Made by a program: the position numbers and the translations under genes. Below, piece by piece: positions 45,689 through 56,605 of a stretch of 64,000 bases of DNA. Where the stretch lies: positions 9,700-73,699 of the forward strand of contig JACAEV010000140.1 of assembly GCA_013388645.1 (NCBI GenBank), given 5' to 3'. Position 1 is the stretch's first letter. Every line of letters begins with the position of its first letter. The DNA comes from Syntrophaceae bacterium. GTDB taxonomy: Bacteria > Desulfobacterota > BSN033 > UBA1163. Below the pieces are notes generated by a model that worked only from the letters and a program-made list of their open reading frames with translations, ran no database searches and was not told the DNA's origin.

Positions 45689-46099
45689 TTAATGGTCTTT
45701 TGGGAGTTCGCACAGTTCAATGAGGACGCCGCTTGAAGATTTTGGGTGCACAAAAGCAACTTTGGTGCCATGAGCCCCGGGTCGGGGTTTTTGGTCGATC
45801 AACGTCGCACCTTTCTCAAGATAGGCTTTCACCTCTTTTTCTACATCATCCACTTCAAAACAGATGTGATGAATCCCCTGTCCCTTCGTCTCTAAAAATT
45901 TAACAAGAGGTGAATCTGGCTCCGCAGGCTGAACCAATTCAATATTCGACTCCCCGATCTTAAAAAAACCCACCCTCGTTTTCTGGGCAGTGACCATCTC
46001 CACCCCGGAGAGGGTAAGACCCATCACATTTTGATAGAACTTGGCTGCTTCTTCGATGTTATTTACTGCAATAGCAATATGGTTAATCTTTTTTAGCAT
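45689..46099 (-). CDS. Methylmalonyl-CoA epimerase (VOC/glyoxalase-fold)
   Basis: HIAIAVNNIEEAAKFY...GIHHICFEV metal-binding VOC motifs. ~135-aa length and position in the mutase cluster. Confidence 0.65.
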   Translation of the reverse strand: MLKKINHIAIAVNNIEEAAKFYQNVMGLTLSGVEMVTAQKTRVGFFKIGESNIELVQPAEPDSPLVKFLETKGQGIHHICFEVDDVEKEVKAYLEKGATLIDQKPRPGAHGTKVAFVHPKSSSGVLIELCELPKDH

Positions 46100-46124
46100 T
46101 CTATCATCCTCCTTATTAGTCTAT

Positions 46125-46235
46125 ACGCATAGAGTGAATAGCCGTAGGATGATGGAATGTTGGAATAATGGAATAATGAAAAAACAGCCTTTTATTAAAA
46201 CCCATTATTCCAATATTCCACTATTCCAATTGTAC
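46125..46235. repeat. Intergenic palindromic element family B, second copy
   Basis: ggatgatggaatgttggaataatggaataatg ... cattattccaatattccactattccaat, an imperfect hairpin related to 24085..24175. Confidence 0.6.
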
Positions 46236-46619
46236 ATTTCTATGAATGTATTTAATAATATCTTCGGTGGAGGCGCCGGGTTGAAAGATCTCCCGAATCC
46301 CAGCCTTTTTTAGTCCCGGGATATCATCCACGGGTATAATCCCGCCCCCAAAAACAAGGATATCTTCAGCCTTTTTATCTCTAAGAATCTGAACCACTTT
46401 CGGGAAAAGATTGTTGTGGGCACCGGAGAGGCTGGAGAGACCGACAACATCCACATCTTCTTGAATCGCTGCGTTGGCAATCTGTTCAGGGGTTTGCCGT
46501 ATGCCTGTATAGATCACCTCCATCCCTGCATCTCGAAGAGCTCGTGCAATGACTTTTGCCCCTCGATCATGCCCATCCAATCCTGGTTTTGCGATCAGTA
46601 CTCGGATCTTTCGGGCCAT
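46221..46619 (-). CDS. Methylmalonyl-CoA mutase small subunit, cobalamin-binding domain (stand-alone)
   Basis: [35 protein letters not shown]12-binding DxHxxG motif. RBS GGAGGAG precedes ATG 46619. Confidence 0.8.
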   Translation of the reverse strand: MARKIRVLIAKPGLDGHDRGAKVIARALRDAGMEVIYTGIRQTPEQIANAAIQEDVDVVGLSSLSGAHNNLFPKVVQILRDKKAEDILVFGGGIIPVDDIPGLKKAGIREIFQPGASTEDIIKYIHRNVQLE

Positions 46620-46771
46620 TTCTCTCCTCCGTCGAAAGTTCGGAGACAATCATTTTGTAGTTTCTTGGTCTGATAGTCTCACAATCTTTAACTATACGAC
46701 TAATAGACCAATTGACTATGTGACTATGTCACTAATGACTCCGAACTCCCAATTCCGAACTCTGAACTGTT

Positions 46772-48427
46772 TTATCGTTCTTTGTATTCCCCAAACACTT
46801 CTCTTAAAGTATCAGAAATCTCACCTAACGTGGCATAAACCTTGACCGCCTCTAAAATGGGAGGAACCACATTATCCGTCCCTTGAGCGGCTTTTTTCAG
46901 AAGGGCTAAAGTTTCCTTGACTTTCGTATTGTCTCTTTCTTTTTTGACCTTTGCCAGTTTTTCCTTCTGGTATTGTTCTACTTCAGGTTTGATACGAAGG
47001 ATATCTCGAAGAGGTTCCTCTTCAATCTGAAATTGGTTTAATCCGACAATGATTCGTTTCTTGGTTTCAATTTCCTTCTGATACTGATAGGCACTTTCAC
47101 CAATTTCTCCCTGTATAAAACCCGATTCGATGGCTTTGATCGCTCCCCCCATGGCTTCAATCTTTTCAATATATTCCATGGATTTTTTTTCTATCTCATC
47201 GGTAAGGGCTTCCACGGCATAGGACCCTCCCAAGGGATCGATCATATCGGCGACACCACTTTCATAAGCAATAAGCTGTTGGGTTCTCAAGGCAAGCCTG
47301 ACAGAATCTTCTGTGGGCAGAGCATAGGCTTCGTCTCTCGAATTGGTATGAAGGGACTGAGTTCCTCCCAATACAGCCGCCAGAGCCTGGAAGGCAACTC
47401 TCACTACATTGTTATCGGGTTGTTGAGCGGTGAGCGAACAACCGGCCGTCTGGGTATGAAACCGCAACATACACGACTCGTCCTTTTTCGCTTTAAATCG
47501 TTCCTTCATAATTTTCGCCCACAGCCTCCGAGCTGCTCTAAATTTCGCAATCTCTTCGATGAAAGTGTTGTGGCAGCAGAAGAAGAAAGCAAGCCTCGAA
47601 GCAAAAGAATCTACATCCAGCCCTGCCCGAATAGCTGCCTCCACATAAGCAATCCCATCGGCAAGAGTAAAGGCGACTTCCTGGACGGCGGTACAGCCTG
47701 CTTCGCGCATATGATAACCACTGATGCTGATGGTATTCCATCGGGGAACGCGATCTTTGCAAAATGCAAAAATATCAGTGACAATGCGCATCGATTCAAG
47801 AGGGGGATAGATATAAGTTCCCCTTGCTGCGTATTCTTTTAAAATGTCATTCTGAATCGTTCCCTGAAGGACTTCGCTTTTCACTCCCTGTTTTTCCGCC
47901 ACGGCGAGGTACATCGTTAGAAGGATGGCAGCCGTGGAATTGATAGTCATCGAAGTAGAGACCTTATCCAGAGGGATGCCATCAAATAGAATCTCCATGT
48001 CTTTCAAAGTATCAATGGCCACCCCGACCTTTCCCACTTCACCATCAGATAAGGGATGGTCAGAATCATAGCCGATTTGGGTGGGTAGATCGAAAGCCAC
48101 GCTTAAACCGGTTTGGCCATGTTCCAGAAGATATTTGTATCGTTTATTTGTCTCTTCAGGGGTGGCAAATCCTGCATACTGACGCATGGTCCAGAGACGG
48201 CCCCGATACATGGTGGGCTGGACTCCTCGTGTGAAAGGAAATTCGCCAGGAAATCCTAGATCCTCACAATAATCTAAGTCGGCCACGTCCAAAGGAGTGC
48301 AAAGGCGTTTCAATTCAATATGGGAGGTTGTTTTGAAAGAAGGTTCTCGTTCAGGGGCTTTGGAGATGACTTTGTTCAATGTGGTCTTTTCCCACCTTTC
48401 AAATTCTTCTCTGATGTTCTTAGCCAT
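46772..48427 (-). CDS. Methylmalonyl-CoA mutase large (catalytic) subunit
   Basis: 551-aa TIM-barrel subunit with [23 protein letters not shown] and related MCM motifs. Confidence 0.85.
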   Translation of the reverse strand: MAKNIREEFERWEKTTLNKVISKAPEREPSFKTTSHIELKRLCTPLDVADLDYCEDLGFPGEFPFTRGVQPTMYRGRLWTMRQYAGFATPEETNKRYKYLLEHGQTGLSVAFDLPTQIGYDSDHPLSDGEVGKVGVAIDTLKDMEILFDGIPLDKVSTSMTINSTAAILLTMYLAVAEKQGVKSEVLQGTIQNDILKEYAARGTYIYPPLESMRIVTDIFAFCKDRVPRWNTISISGYHMREAGCTAVQEVAFTLADGIAYVEAAIRAGLDVDSFASRLAFFFCCHNTFIEEIAKFRAARRLWAKIMKERFKAKKDESCMLRFHTQTAGCSLTAQQPDNNVVRVAFQALAAVLGGTQSLHTNSRDEAYALPTEDSVRLALRTQQLIAYESGVADMIDPLGGSYAVEALTDEIEKKSMEYIEKIEAMGGAIKAIESGFIQGEIGESAYQYQKEIETKKRIIVGLNQFQIEEEPLRDILRIKPEVEQYQKEKLAKVKKERDNTKVKETLALLKKAAQGTDNVVPPILEAVKVYATLGEISDTLREVFGEYKER

Positions 48428-48538
48428 AATTCGCTCCCAGAAAAAGGGGACAGGCTACTTTTTAAAGAACTTACTTCGGGAAAGACTGCATATACTCTTA
48501 TTTCTCATGAAAAAGTAGCCTGTCCCCTTTTTTTATTC

Positions 48539-50113
48539 TTACAGTGGTATATTTCCATGCTTTCGCCAGGGATTGGTATCAACTTTTGTCTTCAAAATAT
48601 CGAGGGCTTGGATGATCTTGGGGCGAGTTTCCTCAGGTTCGATGATCTCATCGACATATCCTAATTCCGCTGCCTTATAGGGGCTTGCAAATTTCTCATG
48701 ATATTCGGCGACGAGTTGCTCGCGTGTCTCCTTAGGATCTTTAGCAGTTTTGAGTTCGTTTCGAAAGATGATATTGACCGCCCCATCTGCACCCATCACT
48801 GCAATTTCGGCAGTAGGGTAACAGTAATTGATATCACCCCGGATATGTTTACTCGACATCACATCATACGCCCCTCCGTAGCCTTTCCGGGTGATGATCG
48901 TGATCTTCGGGACTGTGGCTTCACAGAATGCGTAGAGGAGTTTCGATCCATGTCGAATAATTCCTCTTTCCTCCATATCCATTCCAGGAAGAAAACCCGG
49001 GACATCCACAAAGGTGACCAGAGGGATATTAAAACAATCACAAAAGCGTACGAATCGGCCAGCCTTCACCGAGGAGTCCGGGTCAAGAGAGCCGGCTAAC
49101 CAATTGGGCTGGTTGGCAATGATTCCTACTGGCATACCGTTGTAACGGGCAAATCCGATGACGATGTTCTTGGCCCAATCTTTCTGGACTTCAAGGAAGT
49201 AACCGTTATCCACGGTTGGGACGATCACTTTTTTCATGTCGTAGGCCTTTTTGGAATCTTCGGGGACGGCTGTTTTTAAAGATTCGTCCATTCGATTGGG
49301 GTCATCCGTGCATGCAATGACGGGTGGTTTTTCCCGATTATTCTGAGGGAGAAATCGGAGCAGTTCTTTGGTGAGACGAATGGTATCCTCGTCATTTTCT
49401 CCTGCAAAATGGGCTACACCACTCTTTTCCATATGGACTTTTGCTCCTCCTAAAAGTTCAGAGGTAATGGGCCTCCCATCGGCAGTCTCTGTCTTACCCA
49501 GGGCTGCCCGGATGACATCAGGCCCTGTGATGTGCATATAACTTGTTTTCTTCGTCATTAAAATGAAATCGGTCATGGCAGGGGAATAAACGGCTCCCCC
49601 TGCGCAGGGTCCCATGATGGCAGATATCTGTGGGATCACACCGGAGGCCAATACGTTCCTTAAAAAGATGTAGGCATAGCCTGCGAGACTCTCAACACCT
49701 TCTTGAATTCTTGCTCCTCCGGAATCATTTAAACCGATTATGGGTGCTCCTGTCTTCATCGCCAGATCCATGACCTTACAAATCTTTTCTGCAAAAGCCA
49801 TTCCCAGGGCACCGCCGAATACAGTGAAATCTTGAGAGAAAACATAGGTCAGCCGACCTTCGATCTTTCCATAACCTGTTACCACCCCATCCCCGAAAAA
49901 TTTCTTCTTCTCCATGCCAAAATCGGTGCAACGGTGGGTGACGAAGCGGTCCAGCTCAACAAACGTCCCGGGATCGAATAGAAGATCAATACGTTCACGG
50001 GCCGTCAGCTTTCCATCTTGGTGCTGCTTATCAATTCGCTCCTGCCCCCCTCCCAATAATGTTTCAGCCCTTCTTTTTTCTAATTCTTTACGTATCGCTT
50101 CAATTGACTTCAT
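48539..50113 (-). CDS. Acyl-CoA carboxylase carboxyltransferase subunit (propionyl-CoA carboxylase beta / methylmalonyl-CoA carboxyltransferase 12S-like)
   Basis: 524-aa protein with the N-terminal [13 protein letters not shown] motif and the duplicated crotonase-like carboxyltransferase fold. Confidence 0.85.
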   Translation of the reverse strand: MKSIEAIRKELEKRRAETLLGGGQERIDKQHQDGKLTARERIDLLFDPGTFVELDRFVTHRCTDFGMEKKKFFGDGVVTGYGKIEGRLTYVFSQDFTVFGGALGMAFAEKICKVMDLAMKTGAPIIGLNDSGGARIQEGVESLAGYAYIFLRNVLASGVIPQISAIMGPCAGGAVYSPAMTDFILMTKKTSYMHITGPDVIRAALGKTETADGRPITSELLGGAKVHMEKSGVAHFAGENDEDTIRLTKELLRFLPQNNREKPPVIACTDDPNRMDESLKTAVPEDSKKAYDMKKVIVPTVDNGYFLEVQKDWAKNIVIGFARYNGMPVGIIANQPNWLAGSLDPDSSVKAGRFVRFCDCFNIPLVTFVDVPGFLPGMDMEERGIIRHGSKLLYAFCEATVPKITIITRKGYGGAYDVMSSKHIRGDINYCYPTAEIAVMGADGAVNIIFRNELKTAKDPKETREQLVAEYHEKFASPYKAAELGYVDEIIEPEETRPKIIQALDILKTKVDTNPWRKHGNIPL

Positions 50114-50140
50114 GAACGAATTTCCCTCCTACAAAAAATA

Positions 50141-50275
50141 AACTCTAAATCTAAAACGCTAAATCCTAAATAAACTCAAAACTCAAAATCGAAATATCGA
50201 AACACCCCTTTTTGGGTTTAAAGTTTTGGACTTTGGGTTTGTTTAGAGTTTAGGGTTTCGAGTTTAGTGTTTCTT
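50141..50275. repeat. Intergenic palindromic element family A, second copy (core 50238..50273)
   Basis: Left arm is (CTAAAYN)n and right arm is gtttgtttagagtttagggtttcgagtttagtgttt. The right arm overlaps the meaB stop codon. Confidence 0.7.
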
Positions 50276-51217
50276 AAGTTCCTCTGCCATTACCTTTTCG
50301 GCTACAGAATAAGGATCGATTCGACGGTTCATCAGGTCTTCGATGATTTTATCCCATTGTCCTTCTTTTTCCATTTTTTCAATAAAATGGGCCATGACCT
50401 CCGTCTCAAGAATTTCTAAAAAGGTGGTCTTGGTTCTTTCTCTCAGTTTTTTTTCCAAGGCTTGGTTTTGCTCCAACGCCTGTTTATGACGGTAGATTCC
50501 ATAAACGAGTTCAAAAATCCCTTTTCCTAATATTGCCTCGGTTTTAAAAATGGGAGGCTCCCAACCATCCTCTCTTTTTCGACCCATTTCAAGAACCATC
50601 CGGAGATCTCGTTCCATTTTATCTGCCCCTTCCCGATCACATTTATTGATGACAAAAAGATCTCCAATTTCAATGATCCCAGCCTTAATGGCCTGTATGT
50701 CGTCTCCTAATCCTGGGACGAGGATGACAATGGAGGTGTGGGCGGTATTGACAATCTCCACCTCATCCTGTCCTACGCCCACAGTTTCAACCAGGATGAT
50801 ATCTTTTCCCATGGCATCCATGACATTAATAATATCTTGAGTCGAACGGGTCAATCCGCCCAAGCATCCTCGCGTCGCCAGGGAGCGAATAAATACCCCT
50901 TCGTCCGTGGCGTGGCGTTGCATCCGGATTCGGTCTCCTAAGATCGCACCGCCGGTGAAGGGGCTGGTGGGATCAACCGCCACAATTCCAACGGTTTTTC
51001 CTTCCTTGCGGAAGATATCCACCATTTTGTCAACGATGGTGGACTTGCCTGAGCCCGGTGGACCCGTGATCCCAATAATGTAAGCTCTCCCCGTCTTTGG
51101 ATAAAGTTCCTTTAAGGGTTCAAGTGCGCTGGGCATCCGATCGTCAATATCCCTCATCAATCTGGATGCCGCCCGAATATCCCCCTCTAAAATTCTTTGA
51201 GCTATACCCATAGGCAC
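50264..51217 (-). CDS. meaB: MeaB/ArgK methylmalonyl-CoA mutase-associated GTPase
   Basis: GITGPPGSGKST P-loop and the ArgK-family layout. Confidence 0.85.
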   Translation of the reverse strand: MPMGIAQRILEGDIRAASRLMRDIDDRMPSALEPLKELYPKTGRAYIIGITGPPGSGKSTIVDKMVDIFRKEGKTVGIVAVDPTSPFTGGAILGDRIRMQRHATDEGVFIRSLATRGCLGGLTRSTQDIINVMDAMGKDIILVETVGVGQDEVEIVNTAHTSIVILVPGLGDDIQAIKAGIIEIGDLFVINKCDREGADKMERDLRMVLEMGRKREDGWEPPIFKTEAILGKGIFELVYGIYRHKQALEQNQALEKKLRERTKTTFLEILETEVMAHFIEKMEKEGQWDKIIEDLMNRRIDPYSVAEKVMAEELKKH

Positions 51218-51417
51218 TTCAATATAGCAAAACTTTTTCTAAGTCTCAAGGAAATTTTAAATATAAAAATATTCAAATTTTGAGAAACCATAGCTTCACA
51301 TTTCTCCTATATTTTTAAGAAGAAAGAACAGAGGATTATCATTTAAAAGTCTATGTGGGAAAGAGAAAATTAGAGATCGATGGTGCTGATTGCTAAGATT
51401 TGAAGGCTAAAAGAGTC

Positions 51418-52371
51418 TTATTTTTCAGATCCCTCCTTTTCCCCCCTTCCAGGTTTACGTTTGAACAAGAAACCAAGTGACTTTTTAATTCCGTCAGTTG
51501 CTGAAAAATGCCCAACGGCATTTTTCATGTCAGTGATCTTAGAGAAGTTTTCAAAGATGATCTCTGGGGTGATGTCATCTGAGGGATCAAACCTAATGCC
51601 TTGCCCTTCTACTATTTGCACCCGCGAGAAATAACCGCCTCCAGCAGAAAGGATATAGCCGGTGGATTGGCACTGATCGCTACAAAGATAGGCTACCATG
51701 GCCGTAACCAGTTCAGATCTAAGAAAGGGGGAGATTTCCTTGGGAAAGAAACCTGAAGGCTCGTTTAGGCGGGTGGCGGCCGATGGAGCGATCGTATTGA
51801 TGAGAATGTTGTATTTCTGGGCTTCAAGCTTCAGGGAGTTCATGAACCCAATGATACCCATCTTGGCTGTAGAGTAATTTGTCTGTCCGAAATTCCCAAA
51901 CAGCCCAGCGACAGAGGTGGTCATGACGATTCTGCCATAGCTTTTTTCCTTCATCACGGGGAAGGCAGCCCGTGCGGTGTAAACCGTTCCCATCAAATGG
52001 ACCTTCATAACCAGATCAAAGTCATTCAATGACATTTTTAAAAATGTCTTATCTCTGAGGATTCCAGCGTTGCATACGAGGATATCGATGGTACCGAAGT
52101 TATCCAGAGCGGCCCTTATAATATTCTGTGCAGCTTCTGGGTCCGCTACGCTGTCGAAATTGGGCACTGCTTTCCCACCAGCAGCTTGGATTTCCTCTAC
52201 CACTCGCATTGCCGCCGTTTTGGATTGACCAACTCCATCCCAAGACCCTCCAAGGTCGTTGACGACGACCTTGGCTCCGCGGGAAGCCAGAAATATTGCA
52301 TAACTCCTTCCTAAACCCGCCCCTGCCCCGGTTACCACGGCCACCTTGTCTTTGAAACTAATATACATCAA
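51418..52371 (-). CDS. Short-chain dehydrogenase/reductase, MFE-2-type 3-hydroxyacyl-CoA dehydrogenase-like
   Basis: VAVVTGAGAGLGRSYA and the N-terminal layout of the peroxisomal multifunctional-enzyme SDR domain. Confidence 0.65.
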   Translation of the reverse strand: MMYISFKDKVAVVTGAGAGLGRSYAIFLASRGAKVVVNDLGGSWDGVGQSKTAAMRVVEEIQAAGGKAVPNFDSVADPEAAQNIIRAALDNFGTIDILVCNAGILRDKTFLKMSLNDFDLVMKVHLMGTVYTARAAFPVMKEKSYGRIVMTTSVAGLFGNFGQTNYSTAKMGIIGFMNSLKLEAQKYNILINTIAPSAATRLNEPSGFFPKEISPFLRSELVTAMVAYLCSDQCQSTGYILSAGGGYFSRVQIVEGQGIRFDPSDDITPEIIFENFSKITDMKNAVGHFSATDGIKKSLGFLFKRKPGRGEKEGSEK

Positions 52372-52666
52372 GTTCTTTCCTTTATTAAGAATTTTGAATG
52401 TAAAAAACCTTGGATTGTCTCCCTTAGACCTGACAAATTGTATTGTAGCATCAGAAGAGGAAATCCGTATAGAAATGCAATGGAGGAAAGTTTTTTGAAC
52501 ACCTTAAAGACGGAAGAGGCCTAAAATTGCAAATGGTTGTTTTCGCCCCTGAGTTATAAATCATGGGAAGAATATGCGATACTGTTTATGCCCAAAAAAC
52601 GCCAAACCCCTTTCTGTCCCTCCTGACATGATCCGTCTAAACCCAGTCATTCACTCCACCATTTTT

Positions 52667-53872
52667 TTAATCCCTACCTATAATAGCAATACTAGCTACA
52701 CTGTAATTTGGTAGTCCTCCCAAATTATGGGCAAGACCTAAATGAGCATTCTTAACCCTTCTTTCTTTAGGAACCCTCTCTAAGATTTGCTCATACAAAG
52801 CATAAATCATTCTTAATCCAGAAGCGCCAATAGGATGGCCAAAACATTTCAGTCCTCCATCCACCTGGCAGGGGAGTTCTCCGTCAAGATCATAAAAACC
52901 ATCCATCACATCATAGTAAGCTTTTCCTCTTTCAGACATATGAAGGTCTTCATAGCTCACAAACTCCGTAATAGAAAAGCAGTCGTGGATCTCTATCAGG
53001 CTTATTTCTTTCCTGGGATTCTTTACCCCCGCTTCTTCATAGGCCTTGAGACTTGCCCGCGTGGCGGTTTCTATATGGGCACCATCCCAATTAGTATAGA
53101 GACTTTCTTCGCCGGAAGTGCAAGCGATTTGCAAGGATTTCACCATTACAAAATCTTTATTTCGCTTGATGCTTTTTGCGATTTCGGGAGTGGTCACAAT
53201 CGCCGCAGCTGCTCCATCGCTTACACCACAACAATCAAAGAGGCCTAAGGGGTATGCGATCATGGGGGCTGCGATGATTTGTTCTTCGGTCACAACTTGT
53301 CGCAAGTGGGCTCTCGGATTCATCGCCCCATTTTTATGGCTTTTGGCAGAGATATGCGCTAAAGCCTGTTTTATTTTGTGCATAGGTAGACCATATTTTG
53401 CTGAGTAGGCGGTGGCCAACTGAGCAAACTGTCCTGGTGCTGTCCAGTTGGCTCCAATGGCAAAGTCCATGATCCCATATGTGCCCGCATTGGGCAGACC
53501 TGAGAAGCCTGTATCCTTGAGCTTCTCCACCCCCAGGGCCAAAGCAATATCGTAAGCACCAGATGCGACCGCATAGCAGGCGCCCCTGAATGCTTCCGTA
53601 GCAGTGGCACAAAAGTTCTCTGTTCTTGTGACAGGAATGAATGGCAATTTCAAAATAACTGCCATGGGTATGGCAGATTTACCTAAGTTCATCTCATCAT
53701 AGTGGGTGCCGAGATAAGCTGTTTGAATATCTTTTTTCTCAATTCCTGCATCTGCCAAGCACTCTCTAAAAGCCTCAACGATTAAATCCTCCCCACTTGC
53801 ATCCCACCTTTCACCAAATTTAGTGCAGCCCATGCCAATAATTACTATCTTGTTATTAATTCCGGTCGACAT
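52667..53872 (-). CDS. Thiolase-family protein (SCP-x/archaeal-type thiolase)
   Basis: IVIIGMGCTKFGER N-terminus with catalytic Cys. 401-aa thiolase fold. Confidence 0.75.
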   Translation of the reverse strand: MSTGINNKIVIIGMGCTKFGERWDASGEDLIVEAFRECLADAGIEKKDIQTAYLGTHYDEMNLGKSAIPMAVILKLPFIPVTRTENFCATATEAFRGACYAVASGAYDIALALGVEKLKDTGFSGLPNAGTYGIMDFAIGANWTAPGQFAQLATAYSAKYGLPMHKIKQALAHISAKSHKNGAMNPRAHLRQVVTEEQIIAAPMIAYPLGLFDCCGVSDGAAAAIVTTPEIAKSIKRNKDFVMVKSLQIACTSGEESLYTNWDGAHIETATRASLKAYEEAGVKNPRKEISLIEIHDCFSITEFVSYEDLHMSERGKAYYDVMDGFYDLDGELPCQVDGGLKCFGHPIGASGLRMIYALYEQILERVPKERRVKNAHLGLAHNLGGLPNYSVASIAIIGRD

Positions 53873-55333
53873 TTATCTTTCCCCCCTTTTCATGGGTCTC
53901 GCCTTCCAGAAATAATTAACAACATCTCTTTTTGGGTCATAATATTTTCGCCGAAAACTCATCGTTACAGGCATTCCTACGGATAACATATCTAAATCAC
54001 AATCTGTAAAATCAAACATAAATCTTCCACCCATATTGAATTCAACTGATCCATAGATGGCAGGGGGATGATATGAAGCAGCCAGGTTATCTCCGGTATA
54101 GCTGACAATGTGTCCTTTCTTGTCCGAAAAAAGGAAGTCTTCCATCTCAGAATCTCCCCTACAATCAGGGTTGACACAGATGTTCTGAGGTGGGTATTGA
54201 ACCGTACCGCACGTCTTGCATTTGGAACCCCAAAGACCTAAGATTGCTTTTCTTTTCCTCCAATTAAGGGACCAACGGGGCCACTGATCCACCTCGGAGC
54301 GCAATCCCAATTCTCCAGGCATTATTTCGCGCCAGATTAAATACTTACCGTATTTGTCAAGGTATTTTTTTTGGGCTAAATATTCAGAAATTCCTTTCTT
54401 GCCTCTTTTGTTCTCAATGTTTCCCGTAATCTCAAAGTAAAGGGCATCACATCCATTTCCAAAACTGACCACCATGATTTTGTCGCCCGGTTTAGCTTCT
54501 TCTAAGGCATTTACCAGCATGATTAAAGGGTGAGCGGTCCCTACATCTCCAATCTCAGCAAGAAGATTATTTTGCTCCATTTTTGGCGAGATATTTAATA
54601 TTTTGTTCAATTTTTTCCGTTCCGCTTCATAGTGACAAGGGTAGATGATTTTGGAGAAGTCCGAAATTTTTAATTGGGATTTTTCTAAAAGGCCTTTAAC
54701 GACCTCTGGAATCAATGTTTCATATCCCATATCTCGAACCCAACGATCCTCCCATTGCCGATCATATTTAGCGAATCCACCTCGGTAGTGATCCACAAAA
54801 TCATAAGTGGTAGAATAACTTCCCTTGAATTCAGCAATCACATCTTGGTCGCCGACCAGCAAGGCAACGGCTGCATCCCCAAAGATCATTTCTTGGATAG
54901 AACCAGGTTTGCCAAGACGACAATCAGAAGAAGAGACGATGATAGGATTGATTCTTTTTGATTCGACCCCCTCCAATGCCGACAAAAGAGCTGTTGTGCC
55001 AGCTTTAAGAGCGCCACCAAAATCTGCTGCTCTAATAGGGTCATTTAATGCTAAGGCCGCTGAAATAATCCCTGCGTTTAATCTCTCTTTATAAGGCGGA
55101 CTTGTCGAAGCAAAGTACACGCCTTGTATCCGGTACCTTTCTATACCCTCTAAACAATCAATTCCGGCTGCTACGGCCATAGTGATGGTGTCTTCATCAA
55201 AGTTTGCTATGGCTTTTTCCCCCTTGGCCTGAGTTATCACGGCAGGGTTTATCCAGCCCATCGCTTCCGATATATCCTTCCGTTTTAATCGATACCAAGG
55301 GATATACCCACCATAAGAACAAATTCCTAGCAT
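53873..55333 (-). CDS. HMG-CoA-synthase-like condensing-enzyme domain fused to DUF35 (zinc ribbon + OB fold)
   Basis: N-terminal ~350 aa are HMGCS/FabH-like. C-terminal CKTCGTVQYPP...CVNPDCRGD zinc ribbon and OB region. Abuts the thiolase gene with no gap. Confidence 0.6.
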   Translation of the reverse strand: MLGICSYGGYIPWYRLKRKDISEAMGWINPAVITQAKGEKAIANFDEDTITMAVAAGIDCLEGIERYRIQGVYFASTSPPYKERLNAGIISAALALNDPIRAADFGGALKAGTTALLSALEGVESKRINPIIVSSSDCRLGKPGSIQEMIFGDAAVALLVGDQDVIAEFKGSYSTTYDFVDHYRGGFAKYDRQWEDRWVRDMGYETLIPEVVKGLLEKSQLKISDFSKIIYPCHYEAERKKLNKILNISPKMEQNNLLAEIGDVGTAHPLIMLVNALEEAKPGDKIMVVSFGNGCDALYFEITGNIENKRGKKGISEYLAQKKYLDKYGKYLIWREIMPGELGLRSEVDQWPRWSLNWRKRKAILGLWGSKCKTCGTVQYPPQNICVNPDCRGDSEMEDFLFSDKKGHIVSYTGDNLAASYHPPAIYGSVEFNMGGRFMFDFTDCDLDMLSVGMPVTMSFRRKYYDPKRDVVNYFWKARPMKRGER

Positions 55334-55438
55334 TTCCTTTCTCCCAATGATTGAGAATGAATATTCATTAGTGAACTTAACCTCACTCTACCATTTAAAC
55401 TATAAAGCATCGAATTTTTTTCTTTCCTTCCAACTTTT

Positions 55439-56380
55439 TTAATTTTTATCAAGGCGAACTTCATGAATGAAGTCTTTGATTGATCTTTCCAAATCATAAC
55501 TTGGCTTATATCCGGTTTCGGTGCGAAGCCGGGAATCATCAAGATTGACGGGAATGGTTTTAACGATTTCAACGCTGTTTAAATTCGGATGAAAACTTAT
55601 TTTTGCATTGGGGATAATAGACCGAATCATTTCTACCAAATCTCTAGCAGCAAGTTTGATTCCAGACAAATTGTAGTTGATGGTCTTAATCTGTTCTTTA
55701 GGGGTAAATATTAGAGAACACAAGGCTTCTATTCCATCCTTATAGTACAGTACTGGCAAAATGGATTCCTCCTCGATCCACATTTCAAAGGGTTCTCCCT
55801 TGGCCGCTGCTTCAATCACCATTGGAATACATTGTGCGACCCCAGGTGTCTTGACTCCGGGGCCAATGATCTGGGGAAAACGAATACTTCTGAAGTCGAG
55901 ACCAAAGCGTCTTCGGTAAAAGGTCCCCAAATGTTCTCCGAACACCTTGGTTACACCATACATCCCAATGGGTCTTTGGATTGTTTCATCATCAATGACT
56001 TGCGGAAGATGGAGTCCATAGCTGGCAATCGAGGAGGAAAATATAAACCTCTCGACGTTACATATTCTTGCAGCTTCAAGGGCGTGAAAGATTCCACGGA
56101 CGTTTACCTCATAGGTCGCCCAAGGATCCTCCTCAGAGGGGGCAGATAGTCGAGCGGCCAAGTGAATAAGCCATTTTATATTATTATCCTTTAAAGCATT
56201 GATCAGATGTGCCTGACAAGTTACACTCCCAGGGATGAAAATGACTTTATCTAATTTTTTTTGTTTATTCAAAAGATCTGATTGAATATCCATTATAAAA
56301 ACCGAATGGCCTTTATCTAAAAGGTTTTTAGATAGTTTTAAACCGATAAAACCGCAACCGCCTGTAATGAGAATATTCAT
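55439..56380 (-). CDS. NAD-dependent epimerase/dehydratase family protein
   Basis: MNILITGGCGFIGLKLSKNLL Rossmann fold. RBS GGGGAAG precedes ATG 56380; the track ORF has a 51-codon upstream extension. Confidence 0.7.
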   Translation of the reverse strand: MNILITGGCGFIGLKLSKNLLDKGHSVFIMDIQSDLLNKQKKLDKVIFIPGSVTCQAHLINALKDNNIKWLIHLAARLSAPSEEDPWATYEVNVRGIFHALEAARICNVERFIFSSSIASYGLHLPQVIDDETIQRPIGMYGVTKVFGEHLGTFYRRRFGLDFRSIRFPQIIGPGVKTPGVAQCIPMVIEAAAKGEPFEMWIEEESILPVLYYKDGIEALCSLIFTPKEQIKTINYNLSGIKLAARDLVEMIRSIIPNAKISFHPNLNSVEIVKTIPVNLDDSRLRTETGYKPSYDLERSIKDFIHEVRLDKN

Positions 56381-56605
56381 CTTTCTTCCCCTTTTCTTTC
56401 TGAATAAAGCCGTATTGTTAAAAAATGTTTTTTTAATTAAATCAACTTGCACCCATTTTAAGGTTCTTGCAACCTCCGAATATGTAACAATGGCATACGC
56501 ATCGGACCTTGGTGAAACCAATATTTCCCACACTCATAAAACCCATTGGTTCCCTTTTTCCTACGGACTTTAATTTTCATCTTAGAAATTTTCCAATTTA
56601 ATGAC

